Shown: piece after piece, positions 27,470-38,803 of the stretch
Position numbering within the stretch: position 1 is the first letter of the stretch
How the letters are laid out: each line of letters opens with the position of its first letter
Assembly (NCBI GenBank): GCA_965237675.1
Contig: OZ250150.1
Coordinates: 4,320,001-4,384,000, forward strand
Source: Candidatus Latescibacterota bacterium
GTDB lineage: Bacteria; Latescibacterota; UBA2968; GCA-2709665
Reading direction: 5' to 3'
DNA: 64,000 nt
Notes under the pieces: model-generated
Told to the model about the DNA's origin: nothing
Seen by the model: the letters and a program-made list of their open reading frames with translations, nothing else
The model's database searches: none
Program-made: the position numbers and the translations under genes

Positions 27470-28759
27470 ATGTGGCGCACATTTGTTCTTCTCTCACTCC
27501 TCTTCGCCTGTACGGATTCGTCCCTGTACGCCCAGGATGCCACCGGATACGTGGTCGAACGAATCGAAGTTCGAGGCAATCACAAGACAAGTGCCGACAT
27601 TATCCTTCGATCCCTTCCGATTCACAAGGGTGACCGGCTCACGCCCGGCAGATTGGATGCCAGCCGGGAATCACTGTACCGCACGCGCCTCTTCCGAACC
27701 GTGCACGTCGCGCCCAAGCCCGGCACGGAACAGGGCAAGGCCGTGCTGGTGGTTTACGTCGACGAGAAACGGTTCGGCGACGTCGGCGTCAGTTTTGAAT
27801 ACACCGAACTGGATGGATTCGGGGTTGCCGCTGACGCCTACCACGTCAACCTCGGGGGAGAAGGCAAGACCGTTGGCGCCGAGTATTCACATGGCGAGCG
27901 TCTGACGCGCTTCGGATTCAGCTATACCGACCCCTGGCTCACCAGCGACTGTATCTCCCTTCATGTGAAAGCGCTCTTCTCCAGGGCGGACCGGGACATG
28001 TATCGCAGTACCGACCCGCTAAAGCGCGGCCTGTACGACCTGGACAGAATCGGCGGCGCGGTTGGCGTTGGAAAGCCCATCGGCGAGAAATACCGGCTGG
28101 TCGCCCGGTACGCTTTCGATGAGATCCGCGTAAACGACTTCGACGAGCCAGAGGTCTTCATATCAGGCCCCGAATTCACCCGGGAAGTCAGCTCGGCCCT
28201 GGGACGCACGCCGATCTCCACCTTCGGCATCGAGCTCTACCGGCAGCCCACCTCGAGATTCTGGGGCAGCGCACCGGGTTTCGATCTCAACTTCCGAATG
28301 GACTACGCCCCCGGCGCCCTGGGCACCAACCCGAGCTACCTCCGGTTTAGAGTGGAGTCCTACCGCCATTTTGCGACCCTGCCCGGACAGATCCTGAGCG
28401 CTGGAGGACGGGCGGGGTTGATTTTCGGATCGCCGCCGTTTTTCGAGCGGTTTTACCTGGACGGTCAGAATCAACTCAGAGGGTTCGAACGGCGTGCGAT
28501 CGGCCCCGAGGGCGGCACGGAGTTCGTTTCGATAGAAGGTGTCTACGCGATTGCAGTCCGACCGATCGGCAGGATCTATTGCTTTGCCGAGTGGGCTGCG
28601 ATTCGTCGGCCGGTCGCGGAAATTCATCACGAGGATTCAAACGGCACCTATGGTATCGGCGCGTTGCTGTTTAACCGGATCGATATCAGCTACGGCTTGA
28701 AAAGGGGCACTCTAATTGTAAAATTCCACCGGTTTGGCGGTATTAATATGGGCTTGTGA
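27470..28759 (+). CDS. Omp85/BamA-TamA family outer membrane protein with a POTRA domain
   Basis: Signal MWRTFVLLSLLFAC; IEVRGNHKT POTRA; FYLDG..LRGF motif. The ORF-track extension upstream runs through the MITE. Confidence 0.8.
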   Translation: MWRTFVLLSLLFACTDSSLYAQDATGYVVERIEVRGNHKTSADIILRSLPIHKGDRLTPGRLDASRESLYRTRLFRTVHVAPKPGTEQGKAVLVVYVDEKRFGDVGVSFEYTELDGFGVAADAYHVNLGGEGKTVGAEYSHGERLTRFGFSYTDPWLTSDCISLHVKALFSRADRDMYRSTDPLKRGLYDLDRIGGAVGVGKPIGEKYRLVARYAFDEIRVNDFDEPEVFISGPEFTREVSSALGRTPISTFGIELYRQPTSRFWGSAPGFDLNFRMDYAPGALGTNPSYLRFRVESYRHFATLPGQILSAGGRAGLIFGSPPFFERFYLDGQNQLRGFERRAIGPEGGTEFVSIEGVYAIAVRPIGRIYCFAEWAAIRRPVAEIHHEDSNGTYGIGALLFNRIDISYGLKRGTLIVKFHRFGGINMGL

Positions 28760-28957
28760 GTCGGTTGGATCGGGATGCGAAGCACGAATGAAACCGTCCC
28801 GTGGAAGGGTCACCGGACAACGACGGGCGCGGTCCTGACTGAACCTGCCGAATACAAAGACCGGATCGTCAGATCAAAGTTGCGCGTAATCGGCGATTCT
28901 GCGACCCACATTCCCGGTTACCTGCCCAGACGGCAAGAACCTTACCAATCTCCCAAA

Positions 28958-29584
28958 ATGCACACCTATCGCGGCACACCTGAGGCTTTCGGGCGAAGCG
29001 TTACCATTTGCACGTACGTCTTTTTTTTTGTGGTATTCCCGGTGCGCTCCGACGCCCGGGACGTCGTTATCGCCGCCAGAACCCTCTACCTGCAGGCGGA
29101 TACGCTCAAACTGGATGTCGAACTGGATTCTCTGTTTTCCCGGCGTGCACTGGACGCCATCGAGTCCGGATTAATCACCTCCGTGGCCATGGAATTCCGC
29201 CTGGATTCGGACCGGCAGTCGAAAGCACTGGAGTTCGCGCTCGGCATGCGCCTCGACCACGACATCTGGGAGGGACGGTATCGGGTGGTGCGTGACACCG
29301 GCAGATTGGACACCCTGCAAACTGCCCATTTCGACGCTGTCAGAAATTTCTGCTCGGTGCTTCACGGGCTCGCGCTGGGGCCACTGCCCGACGGGCGGAA
29401 CTTTCAGCTGCGTCTTCGCGTTGGCGTCACTCCCATTTCCATCGAACAGGAGCAGCGCTCACGCCGATGGCTCAATGTCCTGCAAAAAGGAAGCCTGTTG
29501 GAGCTTTTCTTCTCACTGGACCGGCCCACGAAACGGACGCCGTGGATCGAAGTGAGCCGATTTTCGCCGGAGGATCTACAATGA
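28958..29584 (+). CDS. DUF4390-like periplasmic protein (start uncertain)
   Basis: ALDAIESG, HDIWEGRY motifs; lies directly upstream of an NtrY-like kinase, a common context for DUF4390. Confidence 0.6.
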   Translation: MHTYRGTPEAFGRSVTICTYVFFFVVFPVRSDARDVVIAARTLYLQADTLKLDVELDSLFSRRALDAIESGLITSVAMEFRLDSDRQSKALEFALGMRLDHDIWEGRYRVVRDTGRLDTLQTAHFDAVRNFCSVLHGLALGPLPDGRNFQLRLRVGVTPISIEQEQRSRRWLNVLQKGSLLELFFSLDRPTKRTPWIEVSRFSPEDLQ

Positions 29585-31077
29585 GATCCCTACCCATGCG
29601 CTGGCGCATCGTCATCGCCCTCATCGCCCTGACGCTGGGTACCACACTGGCATTGTCTCTACTTGCTCAACACTTCCTGGAATCCAGCCTGCAGCTACAG
29701 GACAATATCAGCGCAAGCACCAACCGGGCATTGAACGACGCGGTTGAACTGGCTAGAAATCATTACGACCGGCGCAAGGCCGCGCTCACCGACATCGGGA
29801 ATCGCCTGATCCAATCCCCGCTGCCATCGGAAGCCGTTGTTACGCGAAACCTGCAGCCAATCCGCGCCTTCCTGGAAAGGCACGACCTGGGTGACACACA
29901 ACTCCGGTTTGCAGATGCGGCGGAAATCGCGTCGCTCAACCTGCAAGGGTCCGCTTCCAGCGCCTCCGTACGCAGGGCCGGCGACCGCGATGCGTCGCTG
30001 GAACTGTTCGTGCCCGCTCAACAGAATGGACCGGCTGACGCGGCCCTCGTCATCACAAGCCCCATGGTCGAGTTGAACCGTGTTGAGCAGGCGGTCCAGG
30101 CCCATCAGTACCTTCGGATGATCGGGAGCGACCTCAGGAGCGAATTTTTCTTTTATTTCCTTGCTGCGACCATCGCCCTGCTCCTGCTGGCCTGTCTAAT
30201 GGGTGTCCGCATCGGCTTCCGCGTCACCCATCCGCTGGATGAACTCGTCAAAGGCACCCGTGAACTGGCCCAGGACAACCTGGACTACCGCATTCCTCCA
30301 GGACGGGACGACGAAATCGGCCTGCTGATCGGTTCCTTCAATCGGATGGCGGAAGATCTGACACAGAACCGCAAACAGCGGATCGAGGCAGAAAAAATCG
30401 CGGCCTGGCGTGAAATAGCCAGGCGCCTGGCCCACGAAATCAAGAACCCGCTCACACCCATCCAGCTTACGGTTCAGCAGATCCGCGACAAATATACGGG
30501 CAACGATCCCGCCTACCGGAAGCTGGTTCAGGACTGCACCGAAATCGTAACGGAAGAGGTGGAAAGCCTGAGGAAACTGGTGCAGGAATTCGCCGACTTT
30601 GCGCGCATGCCTTCCTTGTCCCTGGGTCGACACAGCCTGAACGGTGTCATAACCGATATCGTGCGCCTCTACCCCGAAGCCGGAATCGCGCTCGAACTCA
30701 CGCCGGAGATACACGAACTGGACCTCGACAGCGAACAGATGCGCCGCGTCCTGATCAACCTGATTGAAAACGGCCTGGAAGCTACCGGCGAGCAGGGCCG
30801 GATTGTCATTCAAACCGAAAACCAACCGAATGCAGTGAAGCTCCTCGTGGTCGACTCGGGCCCCGGTGTACCCGAACGGGATCGGGAGCGCATCTTTCAG
30901 CCGCGTGTGTCTTCCAAGCAAAGTGGAATGGGCATGGGGTTGGCCGTGGTCCGCAGCATCATCGAAAGCCACGGCGGCCAGATCGTCGCGGCGAGCGCGC
31001 CCGAAGGAGGCGCTCAGTTTGAGATTACCCTGCCCATTCCCAGGGAACAGACAAGAGAGCCGGAGGAAAGGATATGA
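29581..31077 (+). CDS. NtrY-like HAMP sensor histidine kinase
   Basis: Two TM segments, HAMP, AWREIARRLAHEIKNPLTPIQL, DSGPG, GMGMGL; ATG overlaps the upstream TGA. Confidence 0.92.
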   Translation: MRSLPMRWRIVIALIALTLGTTLALSLLAQHFLESSLQLQDNISASTNRALNDAVELARNHYDRRKAALTDIGNRLIQSPLPSEAVVTRNLQPIRAFLERHDLGDTQLRFADAAEIASLNLQGSASSASVRRAGDRDASLELFVPAQQNGPADAALVITSPMVELNRVEQAVQAHQYLRMIGSDLRSEFFFYFLAATIALLLLACLMGVRIGFRVTHPLDELVKGTRELAQDNLDYRIPPGRDDEIGLLIGSFNRMAEDLTQNRKQRIEAEKIAAWREIARRLAHEIKNPLTPIQLTVQQIRDKYTGNDPAYRKLVQDCTEIVTEEVESLRKLVQEFADFARMPSLSLGRHSLNGVITDIVRLYPEAGIALELTPEIHELDLDSEQMRRVLINLIENGLEATGEQGRIVIQTENQPNAVKLLVVDSGPGVPERDRERIFQPRVSSKQSGMGMGLAVVRSIIESHGGQIVAASAPEGGAQFEITLPIPREQTREPEERI

Positions 31078-32456
31078 CGGAACCAACCATTCTGGTGGTG
31101 GACGACGAACGCAATATACGACGGTCTCTGGAGATGATTCTCTCCGCCGAAGGTTACCGGGTTGTCTGTGCGGCTTCAGGTCGGGATGCCCTGGCCGCGA
31201 TGAAATCCGACCCGCCACAGGTAGCACTGCTGGATATTGTCCTACCCGGATCAAACGGGATTGAGATCCTGAAGACCGCACGGCAGAACTATCCGAACCT
31301 GGCCGTCATCATGATTTCCGGCCATGGAACCGTCCACGACGCGGTTGTGGCGACGAAACTGGGAGCCTATGATTTCCTGGAAAAGCCGCTTTCTCGGGAA
31401 AAAGTGCTGCTTACCCTCGCCCACGCCCTTGAGAGCGTCGAACTGACCGAGGAAAATCGCAGTCTACGCCGAAAGTTCGAGACGCGATTCGAGATGGTGG
31501 GCAAAAGCGATGCCATTGCATCCGTACGCGATCAAATCGGGAAGGTTGCTCCAACAAACGGACGCGTCCTCATCCTGGGCGAGAGCGGTACCGGAAAAGA
31601 ACTGGTTGCGAGGGACATCCACCGCAACAGCCGGCGTTGCGAGGGCCCGTTCGTCAAGGTCAACTGTGCGGCGATTCCTGAGGAACTCATCGAGAGCGAA
31701 CTGTTCGGCAGTGACCGCGGCGCGTTTACGGGCTCGGTAAAAACCCGCGATGGGAAGTTCCTGCTTGCCGATGGCGGCACGCTGTTTCTGGACGAAATCG
31801 GCGATATGAGCCTCAGCGTCCAGGCCAAGGTTCTGCGTGCCCTCGAGCAGGGGGAATTCGAGCGTGTTGGCGGGTCGAAGACCCTGAGAGTCGATGTGCG
31901 GGTCATTGCCGCAACCAACAGGAACCTTCAACAACAGGTCGAGAAGGGGTCCTTCCGCGGGGACCTCTACTTCAGGCTCAATGTCGTACCCATAACGGCT
32001 CCGCCGTTGAGAGATCGGAAGGACGACATATCCATGCTCGCGGAGCATTTTCTGAAGGGGTACGCCGAAGAGAACGACTTCCGCCCGAAAAACCTCACCC
32101 CCAACGCGATGGAGGCTCTGAAAAACTACGGTTGGCCGGGCAACATCAGGGAACTCAAGAACCTGATCGAGCGCCTCTCAATCATGGTCAACGAAGATAC
32201 GGTCGATGTCCATCACCTGCCCGGACTGGACGGTCCCCAACTCGCCCGGGCCGGGGAGACCCCGGTCACCGTTAACCCACTGCCCGGAATCGAGTCCGGG
32301 AAGAGCCTTCATGAAGTCCGTGAAGCCGTGGAGAAGGCCTACATTTCGGATGCGTTGAAAGACAACGCCTGGAACGTCACGAGGGCCGCCGGATTGCTGG
32401 GCGTTGACCGCACAAACCTCCACAAGAAAATCAAATACTACAATATCGAGCGCTGA
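31074..32456 (+). CDS. NtrX/NtrC-family sigma54 response regulator
   Basis: Receiver (VVDDE, LLDI, MISGHG, FLEKP), GESGTGKE, GAFTGS, HTH. Confidence 0.93.
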   Translation: MTEPTILVVDDERNIRRSLEMILSAEGYRVVCAASGRDALAAMKSDPPQVALLDIVLPGSNGIEILKTARQNYPNLAVIMISGHGTVHDAVVATKLGAYDFLEKPLSREKVLLTLAHALESVELTEENRSLRRKFETRFEMVGKSDAIASVRDQIGKVAPTNGRVLILGESGTGKELVARDIHRNSRRCEGPFVKVNCAAIPEELIESELFGSDRGAFTGSVKTRDGKFLLADGGTLFLDEIGDMSLSVQAKVLRALEQGEFERVGGSKTLRVDVRVIAATNRNLQQQVEKGSFRGDLYFRLNVVPITAPPLRDRKDDISMLAEHFLKGYAEENDFRPKNLTPNAMEALKNYGWPGNIRELKNLIERLSIMVNEDTVDVHHLPGLDGPQLARAGETPVTVNPLPGIESGKSLHEVREAVEKAYISDALKDNAWNVTRAAGLLGVDRTNLHKKIKYYNIER

Positions 32457-32516
32457 CGGGGCACGCTGGTCGCGCTTCCGCGTCACGATGAGGCGGTCAA
32501 CGTCCAGAGACATCGT

Positions 32517-33653
32517 TTGAAAGCAGCGATCCTCATTCTTCTCCCGATTCTTGCCTGTGTCCGGGATGCCCGCGCGCAACCGGACAACGTTTCGTGGTTG
32601 GAGAAGTTCTACCGAGGCGCCCGCCTCCGATACAATCGCGTCGAGGGGGTCTTCCTGGGGTATCGTCTTTCCGTCAGCCGCAAAGATTGGCCGCGACTCA
32701 GGGTATTCACGGAAAGTGGATACGGCTTTGCCAGCGGCTCCCCCAGGTGGGAAGCCGGCGTGGAATACGGGGGCCCAGGAGCCAGACTGACCTTCGCTGC
32801 TTTTGACAGAACCGATAACCATGACCCGGAAATTGTGGGAACCACCGAAAACAGCTTGTTCAGCGTGCTTTTCAAATGGGACCAACGTGACTACTTCCGG
32901 GCAAAAAACGGTTTTGAAACGACGGCCTCCCTAAGGTCTCTACGACCGCTGTTCCTTCTGGTCGGCTTTACCGCGTACAGATGCGAACCCATGCCGATCA
33001 GGACCGGCTGGAGTCTGTTCTACCACAGCCGCCCCTTCCGGTTCAACCCGCGTGCCCGGCCAGGCGACGTCGGTGTGTTGCACGCGAGCATTGTGCTGGA
33101 CACACGCGTCAAGAGCCCGCTCTTCCGGAATGCCTGGTACGGCAGAATTTTCTACGAACGCGGCCTTCGGGACTTCGTCTTCAACGGCCTCACCCTTGAG
33201 GCCAAACGCTATCAGAAGGTCATGTTCGGCAGACAGGCTCTGATTGTCCGGGCCCGGCTGAGCACCCGTGAAAGCACGGCGCCGCAGTTCCTGTTCGGCC
33301 TGGGCGGCGTCGGCACTCTCCGCGGATACGATATCAAGGAATTCCGAGCCAACCGACTGGTATTTTTCAACTTCGAATACGCCTTCCAAGGCGACCTCCT
33401 TCCGCGAATCCCCGCCAGAGGTTTCCCTCTGCTCAACCTCACCATCTTCGTGGACACCGGATGGACCAGACTGGTGCCGGAATCCGCCCACCTGTTCGAA
33501 GGATTCGGAGACCTGGGCTTCACGGCCTTCAGGACGAGTACAGGCCTGGGCATCGCACTTCCCCGGCAACTGCTTCGACTGGACATCGCCCGGCGGCTGG
33601 ACAGGGCCGATGCCTCCTGGACCCTTTCCGTCCGGCTCAAATTCGATCTCTGA
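32517..33653 (+). CDS. Omp85/BamA-type beta-barrel outer membrane protein without POTRA
   Basis: Signal peptide, RYNRVEG, LGGVGTLRGY, C-terminal LSVRLKFDL. Confidence 0.75.
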   Translation: MKAAILILLPILACVRDARAQPDNVSWLEKFYRGARLRYNRVEGVFLGYRLSVSRKDWPRLRVFTESGYGFASGSPRWEAGVEYGGPGARLTFAAFDRTDNHDPEIVGTTENSLFSVLFKWDQRDYFRAKNGFETTASLRSLRPLFLLVGFTAYRCEPMPIRTGWSLFYHSRPFRFNPRARPGDVGVLHASIVLDTRVKSPLFRNAWYGRIFYERGLRDFVFNGLTLEAKRYQKVMFGRQALIVRARLSTRESTAPQFLFGLGGVGTLRGYDIKEFRANRLVFFNFEYAFQGDLLPRIPARGFPLLNLTIFVDTGWTRLVPESAHLFEGFGDLGFTAFRTSTGLGIALPRQLLRLDIARRLDRADASWTLSVRLKFDL

Positions 33654-33690
33654 TTCGAGGCCTTCCGCGCTGCCGCAGCGGAAAATGGAA

Positions 33691-33720
33691 AGGCCCCGGG
33701 GATATCCCTCTCCGGGGCTT
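33691..33720. terminator. hairpin between convergent genes
   Basis: AAGGCCCCGG-GGATATCCCTCT-CCGGGGCTT. Confidence 0.4.
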
Positions 33721-33837
33721 GTCAAATCGCCGACCTGGGACCGCCGTTCGGCGGTCGAAAAACTGTCGTGTGCGGTTCTCAGGTTTGACAACCGTACGCT
33801 CGAGGAAGAAATGCCGAGCGGCGGCGAATCGGTCGGT

Positions 33838-35088
33838 CTACGTGCCTTCTTGCCAGGAACCGAGATACCTCTCCTGTTCGGAGGTCAATGAATCAATCTG
33901 TACGTCCATCGCCTCCAGTTGCAACCGGGCAACCTCCAGGTCGATCTCGTCGGGCAACCGGTAGACCCTCGGCTCCAGTGTATCGGCGTTCTTGATGCCG
34001 TACTCCACCCCGAGGGCCTGATCACAGAATGACAGTGACATGACGGTGGAAGGATGTCCCTCCGCACAGGCCAGGTTCACGAGACGGCCCTCGCCACACA
34101 GGAACAGCGAGCGATCGTTCAGGGTATATTCGTGAAACAGAGGTCGTACTTCCTCCTTCTTGTCGGCCATCGCCTCGAGCGCGTCCACGTCGATCTCCAG
34201 ATCGAAATGGCCGGCATTGGCCATCACCGCGCCGTCCTTCATAACGTTCATGTGTTCCGCGCTGATGACGTGCTTGTTACCGGTCACCGTCACGAACAGA
34301 TCGCCGATTTCGGCCGCCAACGCCATCCGGACCACCCGGAACCCGTCCATCCGCGCCTGCAGCGCACGAAAGGGATCCACCTCCGTGACGATAACTTCCG
34401 CTCCCAATCCCCGCGCCCGTGAAGCCACGCCCTTGCCGCAGCTGCCATAGCCCACAATCACGACCGCTATTCCGCAGATCAACAGGTTGGACGCCCGAAC
34501 AACGCCGTCCAGCGCGGACTGACCCGTTCCATAGTAATTGTCCATCAGGTGTTTGGTATCGCAATCGTTGACGGCAATGATGGGATATTTCAGCGCATTG
34601 TCCTTCTCCATCGCACGCAGGCGGATGATCCCCGTTGTGGTCTCTTCACAACCGCAGACAATCTCCGGAATCTGGTCCGCGTAACTCGTGTGCACCTCGT
34701 TCACCAGGTCACAGCCGTCGTCGATGGTCACGTGCGGCCGGGTCTCTATAACCGTGCGGAGATACCGGTAATAATCCTCACGTGTCTCTCCCTTGTAGGC
34801 ATAAACCGCGACGTCCTCGGAAGCAAGCGCCGCGGCCACGTCGTCCTGCGTGGAAAGCGGATTGCAGCCGGTAATCGACACGGTGGCTCCGCCGGCCCGC
34901 AGCGTCCGCACCAGCACCGCCGTCTCTTTGGTGACGTGAAGCGCCATGCCGATCCGGTATCCCCTGAGCGGCTTTTCCTTCTCAAAACGTTCCCGTACTT
35001 TCAATAGGGCGCCCATCTGCTTCTCGGCCCACTCGATATTCCTGAATCCCTGTTCCGCCAGACCGATATCCTTAACCTCGTAACCCAC
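33838..35088 (-). CDS. ahcY: adenosylhomocysteinase
   Basis: CNPLSTQD, DDGCD, EETTTG, DNYYGTGQS, GRLVNL..AEGHP. Confidence 0.96.
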   Translation of the reverse strand: MGYEVKDIGLAEQGFRNIEWAEKQMGALLKVRERFEKEKPLRGYRIGMALHVTKETAVLVRTLRAGGATVSITGCNPLSTQDDVAAALASEDVAVYAYKGETREDYYRYLRTVIETRPHVTIDDGCDLVNEVHTSYADQIPEIVCGCEETTTGIIRLRAMEKDNALKYPIIAVNDCDTKHLMDNYYGTGQSALDGVVRASNLLICGIAVVIVGYGSCGKGVASRARGLGAEVIVTEVDPFRALQARMDGFRVVRMALAAEIGDLFVTVTGNKHVISAEHMNVMKDGAVMANAGHFDLEIDVDALEAMADKKEEVRPLFHEYTLNDRSLFLCGEGRLVNLACAEGHPSTVMSLSFCDQALGVEYGIKNADTLEPRVYRLPDEIDLEVARLQLEAMDVQIDSLTSEQERYLGSWQEGT

Positions 35089-35115
35089 GTCTGTCTCCTC
35101 TCCATCCGCCGATGG

Positions 35116-36282
35116 TTACGCCAGCTTCCTCGCGGCCTCCTGAAGGGCATCCGCCTTGTCCGTACGTTCCCAGGTAAACCCATCCCCCTTCCGCCCGAAA
35201 TGTCCGTAGACGGCGGTGGATTCATACACCGGGCGCAACAGATTCAGCGTCTGGATAATGCCGGACGGACGCAACTCGAAATGCGTGCGTATCAACGCCG
35301 CGATATCCGCATCGCTGATCTTGCCCGTACCGAACGTATCCACGACGATCGACACCGGCTCGGCCACCCCGATGGTATAAGCCAACTGCACTTCGCACCG
35401 GTTCGCAAGCCTGGCTTTCACAACGTTCTTCGCGACGTACCGGGCAGCATAGTGCGCGCTCCGGTCGACTTTGCTGGGATCCTTTCCCGAAAACGCCCCG
35501 CCGCCATGTCGCCCCATGCCGCCGTACGTATCCACAATTATCTTGCGGCCCGTCAACCCCGTGTCTCCGTGGGGCCCACCGACCACAAAACGCCCCGTGG
35601 GATTGATGTGATAGACCGTTTCCTTGTCGAGATACCGCGCCGGGATGACCTTTTTCACAACATGCTGAATCATATCGCGGGAGATGCGGCTGTGTCGTAC
35701 GTCGGGGTCGTGCTGCGTTGAAATCACGACCGTATGCACGCGCACCGGTTCGTCGTCGTCATACTCCACCGTCACCTGCGACTTGCTATCGGGCCGCAGG
35801 TAGGGAAGCGTCCCGCCTCGACGGAGCCTCGCCAGGGCCATCACCAGCTGATGGGACAGCATAATGGGCATCGGCATCAACTCCGGCGTCTCCCGGCAGG
35901 CGTAGCCGAACATCATGCCCTGGTCGCCTGCGCCCTGCTCCTGGTGCAGACCCTCGCCCTCGGTGACTCCCTGGGAGATGTCGGACGACTGTGTATGCAG
36001 CGCAAGAAGCACGCCGCAGGAACGGTAGTCGAATCCATACTCCGAGTCCGTGTAACCGATGCGCCGAATGACATTTCGCACCAATTCCTGAATATCCACC
36101 TGCGCCCGTGTGGTTACCTCGCCCGAGACAATTACCTGCCCCGTAGTCACCATCGTTTCGCACGCGACCCGCGATCGGCGATCCTGGGCCAGCATCGCAT
36201 CCAGGACCGCATCGGAAATCTGATCGCAGATCTTGTCCGGATGCCCTTCGGACACCGACTCTGAGGTAAATAGGCGCCGCAT
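35116..36282 (-). CDS. metK: S-adenosylmethionine synthetase
   Basis: [28 protein letters not shown]. Confidence 0.98.
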   Translation of the reverse strand: MRRLFTSESVSEGHPDKICDQISDAVLDAMLAQDRRSRVACETMVTTGQVIVSGEVTTRAQVDIQELVRNVIRRIGYTDSEYGFDYRSCGVLLALHTQSSDISQGVTEGEGLHQEQGAGDQGMMFGYACRETPELMPMPIMLSHQLVMALARLRRGGTLPYLRPDSKSQVTVEYDDDEPVRVHTVVISTQHDPDVRHSRISRDMIQHVVKKVIPARYLDKETVYHINPTGRFVVGGPHGDTGLTGRKIIVDTYGGMGRHGGGAFSGKDPSKVDRSAHYAARYVAKNVVKARLANRCEVQLAYTIGVAEPVSIVVDTFGTGKISDADIAALIRTHFELRPSGIIQTLNLLRPVYESTAVYGHFGRKGDGFTWERTDKADALQEAARKLA

Positions 36283-36406
36283 GAATGCCTCGTTTCATGT
36301 CGTGGGAGTACTGAAATGCCTCGGGCCGGTTTCCGTACCGACGCCCACGGAAACAACCGTTCAGCAACCGGATGTCGCGTCACCCGGCCTCAAGGTAAGA
36401 TACGCC

Positions 36407-38188
36407 TTATCTCTCGATTCCGGCCGGCTCTTTCTCGAATCTGCTCTGTCTCGTCCGCGGGCCCCGCATTTTGGACAACGCGGCGTGGAGATACTTCCGA
36501 ATGGCGCCCCGGGTGGGCAGCACGAGCGCCTCCTCCGCCAGGGCCCTTGCCTCCTCCATCGTAACCGACCGAATCGTCTGTTTGATCTCGGGAAGCATAC
36601 GCGGACCGATGCTGAACCCATCCACCCCCAAGCCCATCAACAGGACACTACTGTGCGGGTCGCCGGCCATTTCTCCACATACCGTGACCGGGATGCCGTG
36701 CCGGTGGCCGGCGTCGACCACCGATTTAATCAAACGCAACACGGCCGGATGAAACGGATCGTACAGATAAGCCACCCGCTCGTTGCTCCGATCCACCGCA
36801 AGGGTATACTGAACAAGATCGTTGGTGCCGATGCTGAAAAAACTCACCTCGCCCGCCAACTGGTCGGCAACAACGGCTGCCGAGGGCACCTCGATCACCG
36901 CGCCCACCTCGCACTCGTCGTCAAACGGCACGCCGTCCCGCTTCAGTTCGTCGCGGGCCTCGGCCAGCACCGCCTTGGCCTCCAGCAATTCCTCCACGCC
37001 CGAAATCATCGGAAACATCAGCTTCACGTTGCCGAGGACGCTGGATCGGAGAATGGATCGCAACTGAACCCGGAACAGATCCCGGTTTGCCAATGAATGG
37101 CGGATGGCGCGCCAGCCCAGAAACGGATTGGTTTCCTCGGCGGAATGAAAAGCCTGCGTCAGCTTATCGCCGCCCAGATCCAGGGTTCGCACCACGAGCG
37201 GATGGGGCGACATCTGTTCGGCAAGCCGTGTGTACGCGCCCGTCTGCTCGTCTTCATCGGGCAGTCGGGATCCCGCGAGGTAGAGGTATTCGGTACGATA
37301 CAGACCGATGCCTTCAGCGCCGTATGCCAGCGCGGATCGACCCTCTTCCGGCAGTTCGATGTTGCCCTGCAGAAACACGCGAACGCCATCGAGGGTTTCG
37401 GCGGGCACGTCGGTGAACTTCAACAGGCCTTTTTGTATCTCCGCGAACCGGCGGGCTTCGGCGCGGTACCGGCTCAGTGTTTCGGGATCGGGCCGGATAC
37501 AGATCAGCCCTCGATTCCCATCCACAATGGCCGTATCGCCCGGCTCGGCCGAGCCCAGGGCCGCTTCGACACCCACGACCGCCGGAATCTCGAGCCCCCG
37601 TGCGATAATCGAGGCATGCGAGGTGGCCGCGCCCGCTTCGGTGACCATACCCAACACGCTGTCCCGTTTCAGACGGGCCGCATTGGTGGGAGTCAACTCG
37701 TGTGCAATTACAATCGCCGGGGCGGTCATCCGGTCCAGCAACGAATCTTCCCGCCTTCGCAATCCGGCCAGCACCCGCGTCTCGATGTCCAGAATATCCG
37801 CTCGCCTCGCCCTGAAGTACTCGTCCGGAATTGCATCGAATTGCCGGCGCACTTTCTGAAGGGTCAGCCAGAACGCATACTCGACATTCACCAGATCCTC
37901 CCGAATGGAAGCCATGGTCGGCTCTCTCAGGGCCGGGTCATCCAGAATCATCAAATGCGCGTCGAATATCTGGGCGTGATCATGGCCCAACTTCTCCTCA
38001 ACCTGAACCCGCGTGGTCTTCAGATCTTCCGCTACGGAGGCCAGCACATCGAGAAATCGCCGCACCTCTCCCTCGACCTCATCTTCCGAGATACGCCGGT
38101 AGTCCACCCACGGCTCCTCCGGATCGTGAAGATAGACCGGGCCGATGGCAATACCGCTCGATGCCTGGATGCCTTTCAATACCTTCAT
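36407..38188 (-). CDS. ptsI: PEP-protein phosphotransferase (PTS enzyme I)
   Basis: TSHASIIAR, GIGLYRTE, NPFLGWRAIR, SIGTNDL, CGEMAG; likely start ATG 38188. Confidence 0.95.
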   Translation of the reverse strand: MKVLKGIQASSGIAIGPVYLHDPEEPWVDYRRISEDEVEGEVRRFLDVLASVAEDLKTTRVQVEEKLGHDHAQIFDAHLMILDDPALREPTMASIREDLVNVEYAFWLTLQKVRRQFDAIPDEYFRARRADILDIETRVLAGLRRREDSLLDRMTAPAIVIAHELTPTNAARLKRDSVLGMVTEAGAATSHASIIARGLEIPAVVGVEAALGSAEPGDTAIVDGNRGLICIRPDPETLSRYRAEARRFAEIQKGLLKFTDVPAETLDGVRVFLQGNIELPEEGRSALAYGAEGIGLYRTEYLYLAGSRLPDEDEQTGAYTRLAEQMSPHPLVVRTLDLGGDKLTQAFHSAEETNPFLGWRAIRHSLANRDLFRVQLRSILRSSVLGNVKLMFPMISGVEELLEAKAVLAEARDELKRDGVPFDDECEVGAVIEVPSAAVVADQLAGEVSFFSIGTNDLVQYTLAVDRSNERVAYLYDPFHPAVLRLIKSVVDAGHRHGIPVTVCGEMAGDPHSSVLLMGLGVDGFSIGPRMLPEIKQTIRSVTMEEARALAEEALVLPTRGAIRKYLHAALSKMRGPRTRQSRFEKEPAGIER

Positions 38189-38344
38189 CGGCTTGAAACC
38201 TCGATAGCGAGAAACATCAGTCGCGAACCCCTCGACCCGATGGTCTTCGGGAGGTGGGGGTCGGTTGGCTCGAAACGGAGCACCCGGAACTCGAACGGGA
38301 AAGCCGGCATGGAAATGGGCGCCGAGAATCACCGGTACGACGCC

Positions 38345-38605
38345 CTAATCGAACTTGCGTTCGATCATCCCAACGATTTCATCCAGCGCTTCCTCTTCAT
38401 CCGGACCCGCGGCCCGCACGCGGATTTTCGCATCCGTCTCCGCGGCCAGCATCATCACGCCCATGATACTCTTGCCGTTGACTTCGAGCCCCTCTTTGAT
38501 CAGGGTAATCTCCGATGCAAACTTTGCGGCCACCTGCACAAGAAGGGCCGACGGCCGCGCATGGATACCCAACCTGTTTTTCACCGTGGCTTCTCGTTCC
38601 GCCAT
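38345..38605 (-). CDS. ptsH: phosphocarrier protein HPr
   Basis: GIHARPS, NGKSIMGVMMLAA. Confidence 0.95.
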   Translation of the reverse strand: MAEREATVKNRLGIHARPSALLVQVAAKFASEITLIKEGLEVNGKSIMGVMMLAAETDAKIRVRAAGPDEEEALDEIVGMIERKFD

Positions 38606-38803
38606 ATCCTGTTCGTACCGTTATGATAGCCCATATTGGAAGCTTACAATCTATCTAAATCCAGACATCATGTCAAGCGCCGCCGGGCACGTCCATAACC
38701 GCTTGTTCCCCCTTCACATGCTCGTGTCCACCGTCCTCCCAAAAAAAACCCGCCAACTTCATTCCTGGCGGATACCCGTCATTTCACCCCGATCGGACGA
38801 ACC

